Shown piece by piece: positions 37,720-47,047 of a stretch of DNA of 64,000 nt. This DNA comes from Sedimentisphaerales bacterium (lineage in GTDB: Bacteria > Planctomycetota > Phycisphaerae > Sedimentisphaerales > Anaerobacaceae). The translations under genes were made by a program, and so were the position numbers. The stretch is from NCBI GenBank assembly GCA_963708075.1, contig OY970194.1, positions 960,001-1,024,000 of the forward strand, given 5' to 3'. The stretch's first letter is position 1. Each line of letters starts with the position of its first letter. The notes beneath the pieces were generated by a model that was not told where the DNA came from, ran no database searches, and was given only the letters and a program-made list of their open reading frames with translations.

Positions 37720-38820
37720 ATGAAGAAGGTGCAATTGGTTTTTGTCGGGGGGTTTCTTGGGGCGGGCAAGACGACACTGCTGTGGCGCGCGGCCGAGTTG
37801 CTTGCCAAACGCGGCAAGCGGGTCGGGCTGATCACGAACGACCAGGCACCTGACCTGGTGGATACCAAGTGGCTCGCGGGCAAGGGTTTGAACGTTCGCG
37901 AGGTCGCCGGCAGTTGCTTTTGCTGCAATTTCTCCGCCCTGATCAAGGCGGCGGAGAGCCTCCGGGCCCTCGACGCCGATGTCCTGATCGGCGAGCCGGT
38001 CGGGAGTTGCACAGATCTGTCAGCCACGATCCTGCAGCCGCTCAAGGACAAGTTCGGGGACCGATTTGTTCTCTCGCCGCTCTCGGTACTGGCCGACCCG
38101 CTGCGACTCGGGAATGTCCTGAGCGACACCGGGGATTCGCTCCACGCCAGCGCCGCGTACATCTTCCGTAAGCAACTAGAGGAGGCCGATCTGCTCGTCA
38201 TCAATAAGGCGGACCTGATATCGCGCGAGGAGCAGGACCGGCTCCACCGACTCATCACCGTACAATTCCCACGAGCTGCCGTGAGGTGGTTGTCCGCACG
38301 CACTGGAGAGGGTATCGAGTCCTGGCTGAATGAGGCGCTCTCGACACGAGCGGCAGGATCGCGCATTCTCGATGTGGACTACGACGTGTACGCGGAGGGC
38401 GAGGCCGTGCTCGGCTGGCTGAACGCGGAGATTCGGTTATCCGCCGTCAGCGGCAGCGTCGAGTGGCGGGCATTCTGCTTGGATTTGTTGAAGGAATTGC
38501 ACACGGCTTTCCGCGATAGGTGTGCTCGTATTGGCCATGTGAAGCTGCTGCTGACCGCTGGGGGCGGCCACTGCATGGGAAACCTGACAAGCCAGGATTC
38601 CGAGCCGCTTCTGCAGGGCCAAATCGACGGCTCCCCGACCCAAGCCAGCCTCACCCTGAACGCCCGCGTGGAGATGCCGCCGGAGGACTTGGAGCGGATC
38701 GTGCACGATACACTGTCGAAAGTTGCAGGCCGGCGCATGCAACCGGACATCCTGACCCTGCGGTGCCTGCGTCCCGGCCGACCGCGGCCCACCCATCGCT
38801 ATGACACGATTGTAAGTTGA
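37720..38820 (+). CDS. CobW/HypB/UreG (G3E) family metal-chaperone GTPase
   Basis: GGFLGAGKTT, ITNDQ, GSCFCC, EPVGSC, INKAD. Confidence 0.88.
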   Translation: MKKVQLVFVGGFLGAGKTTLLWRAAELLAKRGKRVGLITNDQAPDLVDTKWLAGKGLNVREVAGSCFCCNFSALIKAAESLRALDADVLIGEPVGSCTDLSATILQPLKDKFGDRFVLSPLSVLADPLRLGNVLSDTGDSLHASAAYIFRKQLEEADLLVINKADLISREEQDRLHRLITVQFPRAAVRWLSARTGEGIESWLNEALSTRAAGSRILDVDYDVYAEGEAVLGWLNAEIRLSAVSGSVEWRAFCLDLLKELHTAFRDRCARIGHVKLLLTAGGGHCMGNLTSQDSEPLLQGQIDGSPTQASLTLNARVEMPPEDLERIVHDTLSKVAGRRMQPDILTLRCLRPGRPRPTHRYDTIVS

Positions 38821-38828
38821 TCGACAGT

Positions 38829-40784
38829 TCACTCGACCCACGGCCGTGCCTGCTTGATGCAGAGGCGGCCATCTGCCGTGATCTTGAATTCGATCTCCAT
38901 GGCGAAACTCCGATCCCAGGGCGAGACCCCGTAAAGAAGTCGAAAATGCCCCTGGATGCGGCCCATCATGTCGGCCAACTGAAAGACCTGCTCTCGCGTC
39001 AGAATGTGGCCGTCAGGGATAAGATTCGAGCGGCGAATGTACTGGATCTCATAACGTTCCTCGCCCGCCAGGTCTGCAACCAGGAACTCGTCGGGAATCG
39101 AGGACTGCGGTGGATTTGTCACGAGGTCCTCGCCTATCTGGACGTTCACATAGTAGCCGCGCCAGTTGGGGTCATAGATATTCTTCGTCACGCCGACGCC
39201 GTTCGCCTGTTCATCCTCGTAGTTCGGGTGCACCAGCACGCCCATGGCCGCCCGCAAATGATCCACGCGGTAGAACTCCCGCTCCTCAAATGCTCGATAC
39301 GTCCACAGGCTGGACCACACCTGTTTGACGGTCTTGGCGATATGTCCCTCGTCTGGATGATGAGTGTAGGAGTCGTATAGCCCCGCGCCATTGAAATGGG
39401 GCAGGTCCTCATTGTTGGTGCTGGAGCGGCAGCGAAGCGATGTCCCTTCAGCGTAGGAATGGTGCATCGACGCAAGGGCATCGAGCATCCAGGCCGGTGT
39501 CGTTCCATTGCGCAGCTTCCGGCGAAACGCGTCCAATTCGCTTTCGCGAGTCTGCGGATTGTCGCGGAAGGCGGGCTTAGCCATCATGACGACGGCGGCA
39601 TCGTAAAAGCCGTTGTGCTTCATGAACCCGTCATAGAAATAAAAGGGGACCGCAAAGCCTTCCGGGGACATGTCGGTGGGGAGGAAGCGCCCCAACTCCG
39701 CTACATTGGCGGCCTTGGCGCCGAAGCTATTCGAGTCCGCAAAGCCGATCTCCGTCAGGGGGGCAATAGCGGTAACGCTCAAGTCCCGCGGCGGTATCTG
39801 AGGCTCCTTCGGGCGGATGGACTCAAGAAACGCCTCGACCTCCGCCGAGGACGCCTCTTCGAGGGAGTAGCCCTCGGGCTGGGCGACAAAGTGCACGTAC
39901 TTGCCAACCATCGCAAGGATATCGGGCCGGGTGGTCGCATCCCGGATGAACGCGTTGGGCGTGTGGTTCTGCTGCGCCTTGAGATTGACATGCGACAGGG
40001 GCGTTTGAGGGACCTCCGTAATGATCCCGGCCACGTGGCTCAGTGTGTTCGGGATTGCCCGATAGACCACGATATCACGGGCAGACACCGTCTCGGCGCC
40101 CTGAATGATCTTAAGCCGTCCATAGGCCTCTCCCGTCGTCAGAGCGGCGTAGCTGACTTGCCCAAAGAGGTCTTCGGTTTGGATGACGGCCACCGGGGAT
40201 GCCTCATAGAGGTCTCTCTCCATCTCATACAGGGCCCGTTGGGTCTCGCCCGCGGCGTGGTAGAAGAACTTGCCTTCCACAAAGGGCATCTGGTCGGCGA
40301 TCAACTCATAAGCCAGACGGACAAACCGGAAAGTCACCGGGTCCGTCGGCCAGAACTCCAGCGTGTAGATGCCCCGGACCGCCTCGTTCGGCTCGTACTT
40401 GTCATGGGCGATGATGCTTCCGGCCAGGTTCCTGCGAAACTCGGAAAAATACGTCTCCCGTTCGAATGTCTCCAAGTCAATCGTCCAGCCCAGGCACTCC
40501 ACGACAAAATCGTAGTGGTACTGATAATTCTGGGTATTCTGGAAGTACAGTCGGGGCGTGGGGGTGTCTACGCCTGTGATTGTGAACTTCACCTCGGGCA
40601 CCTGCATTGCACCGGGAAAGTTGTTGCGATCCGAATACAGATCGAAGGATGCGCGATCCTCAATCGTGAGGGTCCCGCAACTGTCGGACAGCCAGGCCGG
40701 CCTGGCATCGGCAGGCAGGCAAATAGCCGGCAGAGCGCCGATTATGAATGCGACCCACACTTGTGTCATGCCGGGCTTCATCAC
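38829..40784 (-). CDS. PEP/pyruvate-binding (PPDK/PEP-synthase N-terminal ATP-grasp) domain protein with predicted signal peptide
   Basis: FGAKAANVAEL, GFAVPF, RCRSSTNNEDL..FNGAGLYDS, VKQVWSSLW, MEIEFK, IKQARP. Confidence 0.8.
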   Translation of the reverse strand: MMKPGMTQVWVAFIIGALPAICLPADARPAWLSDSCGTLTIEDRASFDLYSDRNNFPGAMQVPEVKFTITGVDTPTPRLYFQNTQNYQYHYDFVVECLGWTIDLETFERETYFSEFRRNLAGSIIAHDKYEPNEAVRGIYTLEFWPTDPVTFRFVRLAYELIADQMPFVEGKFFYHAAGETQRALYEMERDLYEASPVAVIQTEDLFGQVSYAALTTGEAYGRLKIIQGAETVSARDIVVYRAIPNTLSHVAGIITEVPQTPLSHVNLKAQQNHTPNAFIRDATTRPDILAMVGKYVHFVAQPEGYSLEEASSAEVEAFLESIRPKEPQIPPRDLSVTAIAPLTEIGFADSNSFGAKAANVAELGRFLPTDMSPEGFAVPFYFYDGFMKHNGFYDAAVVMMAKPAFRDNPQTRESELDAFRRKLRNGTTPAWMLDALASMHHSYAEGTSLRCRSSTNNEDLPHFNGAGLYDSYTHHPDEGHIAKTVKQVWSSLWTYRAFEEREFYRVDHLRAAMGVLVHPNYEDEQANGVGVTKNIYDPNWRGYYVNVQIGEDLVTNPPQSSIPDEFLVADLAGEERYEIQYIRRSNLIPDGHILTREQVFQLADMMGRIQGHFRLLYGVSPWDRSFAMEIEFKITADGRLCIKQARPWVE

Positions 40785-40874
40785 CAGACCCCATGGCTAT
40801 AGTTTGCCTGTCTGCTCACAACTCAGGCACGATCCTATTATACCAAAAAGCAGGCCCGAGCAGCGGGGTTTCCG

Positions 40875-42097
40875 TAGGGCTATCGCATCTAAATTGAGCC
40901 TTTGCAGGCATGGTTTCGTATTCTTCTCAGAAGCAAGACACTTCAAGTAGAGAGGAATACGTTTTTGATGAAGAAATCGATTTGGGATCATTTTGCCGCG
41001 GTTCCTGATCCTCGCGTGGAGCGGACGAAACGGCATGAATTACAGGATATTCTGGTCATTGGCGTCTGTGCCGTGATCTGCGGGGCTGAGCACTGGACGG
41101 ACGTAGAGATGTTCGGCAACGTCAACGAGGAATGGTTTGGCACGTTTCTGGACCTGCCCAATGGCATTCCATCGCATGATACCTTTGGTCGGGTCTTTGC
41201 CGCCCTGGACCCGGATGCGTTTGAAGCGGTCATGCAGGCGTTTGTGGCGGATCTGGCCGGCAGCAGCCGGGGCAAGCACATCGCCATCGACGGCAAGACC
41301 CTGCGAAACAGCTTTGATCGGGTCCGTGCCAAAGGCCCGTTGCACATGGTCAGTGCCTGGGTCCACGAGAACTGCGTGGCTTTCGGCCAACGGGCGGTCG
41401 ATGCCAAGAGCAATGAGATCACCGCGATCCCGGAGTTGCTCAAGCTGCTCGACGTGGAGGAGGCAACCATCACGATTGACGCCATGGGTTGTCAAAAGGA
41501 GATCGCCGAGCAGATCGTCGATCAGGGCGGCGACTATGTGCTGGCCCTCAAGGCTAACCAAGGGACTCTGTACGAGGATGCCCGGATGTACATGGAGGAC
41601 GGCATCGCCCACGGGTTTGCCGGCGAGCAGGACTTCTGGGAAACCGTGGAAAAAGGCCATGGACGACTGGAAACCCGGCGGGTGTGGACTACCAGCGATG
41701 TGGGATGGCTGCAAGGGCGTCACGACTGGCCGGGTCTGGGCAGCCTCACGGCCATCGAGCGAGAGCGTCAGGTCAACGGCCAGTGCGAACGAAAGCGACA
41801 CTACTTCATCAGCTCCCATCCGGGACACTGTGCCCAGCGTCTGGGGACATTGATTCGCCATCACTGGTCCGTGGAGGTCCAGTTGCACTGGTCGCTGGAC
41901 GTGAGTTTCCATGAGGACGCCAGTCGAGTCCGAGTGGCCAACGCCGCCGAGAACTTCTCGCGATTGCGTCGAATCGCCCTGATGCTGCTCAAGCAGGAGA
42001 AGACGGCCAAGGGCGGCATCGCCGCCAAACGCCTCCGAGCCGGCTGGGACCGAGACTACCTGCTTAAGGTCCTTGGCATTTAGATGCGATAGCCCTG
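40875..42097 (+). mobile_element. ISAs1-family insertion sequence, copy 2 (1223 bp)
   Basis: Same IRs as copy 1; target duplication GGGTTTCCG at 40866-40874 and 42098-42106. Confidence 0.95.
40968..42083 (+). CDS. ISAs1-family transposase
   Basis: Protein identical to copy 1 except WDRDY versus WDQDY. Confidence 0.96.
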   Translation: MKKSIWDHFAAVPDPRVERTKRHELQDILVIGVCAVICGAEHWTDVEMFGNVNEEWFGTFLDLPNGIPSHDTFGRVFAALDPDAFEAVMQAFVADLAGSSRGKHIAIDGKTLRNSFDRVRAKGPLHMVSAWVHENCVAFGQRAVDAKSNEITAIPELLKLLDVEEATITIDAMGCQKEIAEQIVDQGGDYVLALKANQGTLYEDARMYMEDGIAHGFAGEQDFWETVEKGHGRLETRRVWTTSDVGWLQGRHDWPGLGSLTAIERERQVNGQCERKRHYFISSHPGHCAQRLGTLIRHHWSVEVQLHWSLDVSFHEDASRVRVANAAENFSRLRRIALMLLKQEKTAKGGIAAKRLRAGWDRDYLLKVLGI

Positions 42098-42178
42098 GGG
42101 TTTCCGTCCCTGTGCAATTTGTTGTGAAGAGGCCCTTCAAATCACCTATAGAGTCTGCGGTTTTTGTGTCGCAACCGG

Positions 42179-42207
42179 TTGACAGTCGTGTAACGCAGGC
42201 CTATGAT
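42179..42207 (+). promoter_or_regulatory. Sigma70-type promoter for the etf operon
   Basis: TTGACA-N17-TATGAT. Confidence 0.7.
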
Positions 42208-42374
42208 GCGCACTTCATTTTATCGCTGGCAGCACTGCGGCGGTCTGGAACATCGGACGGACAAGAGTCGTAAGCACGCAGTGAGGGCAGGTGAGGCGGC
42301 GCACGCCATAGAGTCTGTCATCACTCGAGAACCCCCAGCCCTGGGGGGCATGTGTTCTAAAGGGAAATGCGCAT

Positions 42375-44474
42375 ATGAGTGACTACATTGTTCTGGTCAA
42401 ACAGGTTCCTGACGTCTCGCAGATCACGGACAATGCGTTCGATCCGGAGACGGGCACGCTCGTTCGCTCGCGGCTGGCGAACGTGATCAACGAGTTAGAC
42501 GCGCAGGCGCTGGCGTTCGCGAACCACATGAAGAAGATCAGCGGCGACGCGAAGGCCCGGCTGGTGGCGCTGACGATGGGCCCGCCGATGGCCGACGAGG
42601 TGCTGCGTTACAGCCTGGCTCGTGCGGCCGATCAGGTCGTCCTGCTGACCGATAGAGCGCTCGGCGGCGCCGATACGGTGGCGACGGCCAACCCGCTCGC
42701 CTACGCGATTCGCAGGATCACGAAGGAGCTGCTCCAGTGCGGCGATGATTACCTCGTGGTCTCGGGCATGCAGTCGGTCGATGGCGATACAGCCCAGGTG
42801 CCGGCGCAGATCGCCGAGGAACTGGGCCTGCCCTGCATCGCTTATGTGACGGGGGCCGAGTACAAGAACAATCGTTTCGAATTCACCCGCATCATCAGCG
42901 GCGGCAGCCAGACGGTAGCGACCAAGAAGCTTCCGGCCGTGGTGACTGTCGCCAAGTACGAATATCCTCTGTTTGCCACGTTCGGCGGCACACGCTGGGC
43001 GAAGAAAGCCCCTGTGGTTCAGTGGGGCGCCAATGATATCCAGGCGCCGCAGATCGGGGCCAAGGGCTCCAAGACCGCGGTGATCCGCGTCTTCCCGCCG
43101 GGCAAGAGCACCCGCAAGTGCAAGCAGATCAGCGACGTGAAGGAGCTGGCCCGGACGATTGTCGGGAGTTTCAAGAAGGGTGATAGCCAGGCAGGTGGCT
43201 CCTCCAGTAAGAAAGCGGACGGCAAATACACCCTGCCGAAGCGACGGGCGAGCCTGCTCGAACGCAGGTTCGAGGCGACGGCCAAGGAGCAGGAGGATTA
43301 CGATCTCCTGGCAGGGATTCTGAAGGAACTCGGCCTCAAGAGCGTCGAGCACATCGACGAGGCGACGAGGGAGAAGATTCTTGCCAAGGCCGGCGAGAGT
43401 TTCCATGGGAAGGCCTTTGAGGACATGATCGCGGGCTACAAGCTGACCGAGCCGGCTTTCAAGGGCGAGGTCTGGGTCGTGGCCGAGCACAGCGACGGTG
43501 TGGTCCATCCTGCGACATTCGAGCTGACCGGCAAGGCCCGCGAGCTGGCAGACTCGCTCGAAACGAAGGTCGGCGTGTGCATCGCCGGCGAGGACGTGGC
43601 GCACATGGCCGAGGAATTGATCGCCGCAGGCGCCGACAACGTGTACGCCATCGAGCACCCGCTGTTGAAAGAATTCGACCCGACGGCGTACCGCAAGGCG
43701 ATTGCCGACGCAATCGACAAATACGTGCCGCAGATCGTGCTGTATGCTGCCACGCCGCAGGGCCGCATGCTGGCCCCGATGGTCTCCTACCGCACCGGCT
43801 GCGGCCTGACCGCCGATTGCACGGGGCTCGACATCCGCGACACCTCACGAAAGGGCGAGGTCGGCCTGCTGCTGCAGACCCGTCCGGCCCTCGGCGGCAA
43901 CGTCATGGCGACCATCCGCACCAAGGGCTCCAAGAGCCAGATGGCGACGGCCCGGCCCGGCGTGATGAAGCGAATTCCGGCCGATCCGTCCCGAAAGGGA
44001 AAGGTCATCAAGCACAAGGTCGAGTTGACCGACGATGATGTCAGCCTGGAAATCCTGAAGACCGAGTTGGGCCACGGGCAGGTGAACCTGCACGCCGACA
44101 CCATCGTTTCCGGCGGCAAAGGCATGCAAAGCCGTGACAGTTACGAGAAACTCATCAGCCTACTGACGGGCGCTCTGAGCAAGAGGCTCGAAACGCAGGT
44201 CGAGCGAGGCGCCTCGCGTGCCGCCGTCGAGCAGGGCTTTATAGGCCGAATCCACCAGGTGGGCCAGACGGGGACCTCCGTCGGCCCGAAGCTCTACGTC
44301 GCTCTCGGCATCTCCGGCGCCATCCAGCACATGATCGGCGTCGCCAACACCGAGACGATCGTGGCGATCAACAGCGATCCGAACGCACCGATCTTCAAGC
44401 AGTGTGACTACTACGTCGTCGGGAATGTCGAGGATATTGTCCCGAAGCTCGCCGAGGCATTGCACGAAACGTGA
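42375..44474 (+). CDS. Fused electron transfer flavoprotein beta-alpha (EtfB-EtfA)
   Basis: N-terminal VKQVPD, TMGPP, GADTVAT, GMQSVDGDTAQV (beta); C-terminal GLTADC, RPALGGN, GASRAAV, QVGQTG, GISGAIQH, AINSDPNAPIF (alpha). Confidence 0.92.
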   Translation: MSDYIVLVKQVPDVSQITDNAFDPETGTLVRSRLANVINELDAQALAFANHMKKISGDAKARLVALTMGPPMADEVLRYSLARAADQVVLLTDRALGGADTVATANPLAYAIRRITKELLQCGDDYLVVSGMQSVDGDTAQVPAQIAEELGLPCIAYVTGAEYKNNRFEFTRIISGGSQTVATKKLPAVVTVAKYEYPLFATFGGTRWAKKAPVVQWGANDIQAPQIGAKGSKTAVIRVFPPGKSTRKCKQISDVKELARTIVGSFKKGDSQAGGSSSKKADGKYTLPKRRASLLERRFEATAKEQEDYDLLAGILKELGLKSVEHIDEATREKILAKAGESFHGKAFEDMIAGYKLTEPAFKGEVWVVAEHSDGVVHPATFELTGKARELADSLETKVGVCIAGEDVAHMAEELIAAGADNVYAIEHPLLKEFDPTAYRKAIADAIDKYVPQIVLYAATPQGRMLAPMVSYRTGCGLTADCTGLDIRDTSRKGEVGLLLQTRPALGGNVMATIRTKGSKSQMATARPGVMKRIPADPSRKGKVIKHKVELTDDDVSLEILKTELGHGQVNLHADTIVSGGKGMQSRDSYEKLISLLTGALSKRLETQVERGASRAAVEQGFIGRIHQVGQTGTSVGPKLYVALGISGAIQHMIGVANTETIVAINSDPNAPIFKQCDYYVVGNVEDIVPKLAEALHET

Positions 44475-44481
44475 AAGAATG

Positions 44482-44560
44482 TTTGATTCTTGAAGTTTGA
44501 TTTTTGAAGCAGGCCGGGAGTGGCCGCCAAAAATCAAAAGTCAACGATCAACAATCAAAC
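44482..44560. repeat. Heptamer tandem repeats in inverted arrangement
   Basis: TTTGATT-CTTGAAG-TTTGATT-TTTGAAG then AAAATCA-AAAGTCA-ACGATCA-ACAATCA. Confidence 0.65.
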
Positions 44561-44575
44561 TTGAGGAAATAGAAC

Positions 44576-46244
44576 GTGCCGAACTACAGCGAATACAGCA
44601 AGACATCGGTTCTGGTCGTAGGCGCCGGTCCCGCGGGCCTGTCCACGGGGATTCAACTGAAGGTTCTTAAGCCGGACCTCGATGTGTGCGTGATCGACAA
44701 GGCCCTCGATCTGGGCAACCACAATCTCTCGGGCGCGGTGCTCGAAAAGGAGCCGCTGAGCGCGCTGCTCGACGCCGCCAAGCCCGGCTGGCGCGACACG
44801 GATGAGGCCAAGCAGATCCTCGCCAACGTGATCGACAAGGACGACATCATGTTCCTGCTGGGCAGCAAGATGGCGTTTGGGATTTTCCCCATGATCAAGA
44901 TGGCTCGGGGCATGGGCCTTGCCTTCGGCCAAATGATCCATCATGGCGACTATTCCTTGTCCATCAGCCGGCTCACGAAATGGCTGGGCGGGATTGCGAG
45001 GGGGCTGGGCGTGGAGGTTCTGACAGGCTTTGCCGCTGACCATGTGGTCTTCGACGGCGATGGCCTCGCCGCAGGCGTCAAGCTCGTGGATCAGGGCGTC
45101 AATAAAGAGGGGCACAAGCAGCCAAATTACACGGAGGGCGAGACGATCCAGGCGAAATTCGTCGTGCTGGCCGAAGGCTGTGACGGTCTCGTCACCGAGC
45201 GGTTTGTCGAGCAGGCGGGTCTGAAGCGCGAATCCCACCAGCTTTACTCGCTGGGTGTCAAAGAGCTGATCAAGGTCACGCCCGAGCAGTACAACAAGTT
45301 CACGAGAGGCCGGGTCGTCCACGCGATGGGCTACCCGATCTGGACGCCGGTCATCGGTCCTGGGATGTTCGGCGGTGGCATCGTCTATGCCGGCGAGCAA
45401 GACCATCTGGCCGTCGGCATGATCGTCGGTCTCGACTGGAAGTATCACGATTTCAACACCCAGGATGCGCTCGTGCGGCTCAAGGAGCACAAGTTCGTCA
45501 AGCAGTACATCGAGGGAGGTACGGTCGTCGAGGCGGGCGCCAAGATGATTCCCGAGGGCGGCTGGCACGCCGTGCCGCGCGATCCCGAGACGCCAGAGCA
45601 TCGGCAAGGGTAACGTGATGATCCTCGGCGACAGCGCCGGCTTTGTGAACATGCTCAAGATCAAGGGCCTGCACAACGCCATCGATTCCGGCATCCAGGC
45701 GGCCAAAGCCATTGTCGCGACGTTGAATAGTTCGAACGGGGCGGCTCGCAAGTACACCGAGAACGTCGAGCAGTCCAACATCGCCAGAGAGATGAAGACG
45801 GCGAAGAACTTCCGCCAGACGGTGGCCAAGTTCGGGCCGCTGCAGGGTATGCCGCTGTCAGTCCTCGGCCGCTGGCTGCCGAAGTTCCATGTCGAGAAGG
45901 ACTACGAGGCGATGACGGGGGCCTCATACCGGCTCAAGCCGAACCAGGCTTTCGACAAGGACACCTTCACGGCGGTTGCCGCCACGGAGCATCGCGAGGA
46001 GCAGCCGTCCCACCTGAAGATCCTCGACCGGACCATCTGTGACACCAGATGCCGTCCGTTCTTCGAGGCCCCGTGCATCACGTTCTGTCCCGCGGGTGTC
46101 TATGAGGCGATCCACGACGAGGTCAAGCCGGCCAACCCCTCCAACTGCCTGCATTGCAAGACCTGCCAGCGCAAGTGTCCGTTCGACAACATCCGCTGGA
46201 CCGCCCCCGAAGGCGGCGGCGGCCCGCGATACAAACGCATGTAG
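44576..46244 (+). CDS. ETF:quinone oxidoreductase (FixC/FixX-like, FAD + 4Fe-4S); frameshift near 45593
   Basis: VVGAGPAG, LSGAVLE, AEGCDG, KMIPEGG then GDSAGFVN..IKGLH, CPAGVY, NCLHCKTC; frames join by removing one C (PETQSIGKGNVMILGD). Confidence 0.9.
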
Positions 46245-46693
46245 AGCCGCCGGATGTTTCCCGGCCAACACCAGAACCTACGCGGCGAGGCCTGCATGAC
46301 CTCGCCGTTTCTCTTTATTATTGTCAAGTTCGCCGCCACGGCTCCTGGACGCGTATGAACGTGCAGCCAAAGTCAGGTTCTCCCTGGGCTTTATTAAGGG
46401 ATCCCCTTACGCCATTCCGATGACAGCCGTCGTATAGAATGTGACACGATCAGCATCGTGCGGATCGTTGAAGGAAAGATCGAGCGGCACCAGCGAGATA
46501 CCGGCAAGCAGCAGACAAAGAGGTCCGTATCAGTCTGCCATCGGGTGGGTTTGTGAACCGTCAATGCTGGACCCGAGAAATGCCTGGAACAGATACCAAG
46601 CCATGGGCAAAGGAACGGATGTGCCGTTTTGCCCATGGCCGGTGCCGCACGAAGTAGTGGACGACAATCGGGGATCATTCAGAAGGAAAGGGC

Positions 46694-46918
46694 GTGGAGA
46701 TGCGTGTGAACGTCAACAGAAGATATGTCATGAAGATCCTGATGTCGCTGAGTGGATATCGGGCAGGGCCGCTTGCTCCGGTTGTGATGGGAATAGTGGG
46801 GTTGTGGCCGGTGCGGGCATGGAGTGCCATAGCGGCACTGGGGAATGCCTCACCGAGGCAAGTTGGGCGGGCCCGGCCGCTTGGCAAGATCGGGAGAACG
46901 CGTGCGCCTCCGGTGTAA
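46694..46918 (+). CDS. Putative small peptide ending in RAPPV (arrest-peptide-like)
   Basis: AAGGA RBS before GTG 46694; contains RAGP and C-terminal RAPP; followed by a terminator. Confidence 0.4.
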   Translation: MEMRVNVNRRYVMKILMSLSGYRAGPLAPVVMGIVGLWPVRAWSAIAALGNASPRQVGRARPLGKIGRTRAPPV

Positions 46919-46944
46919 CAATCCGTGCGGCGCCGCACACGAAT

Positions 46945-46998
46945 GGCCGAGAGGACTGGTCGCCAATTAAGGCGGCTGGTCCGATCGGCCTTTTTTTT
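46945..46998 (+). terminator. Rho-independent terminator
   Basis: Imperfect stem GGCCGA..GGAC..GTCGCC/GGCGGC..GTCC..TCGGCC followed by T8. Confidence 0.75.
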
Positions 46999-47047
46999 GC
47001 CACATGAACGGACACCGAGTTAGGCGGAGGTTCCGTCGGGTGACGGA

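Noticed and set aside
13086..42097. Composite transposon bounded by the two ISAs1 copies
   Set aside because: Each copy has its own distinct target duplication and the enclosed DNA includes core genes (ffh, rpsP, trmD).
42214..42374. Riboswitch in the long etf leader
   Set aside because: Only a short CACTGCG/CGCAGTG stem; no FMN or other riboswitch consensus could be matched by eye.
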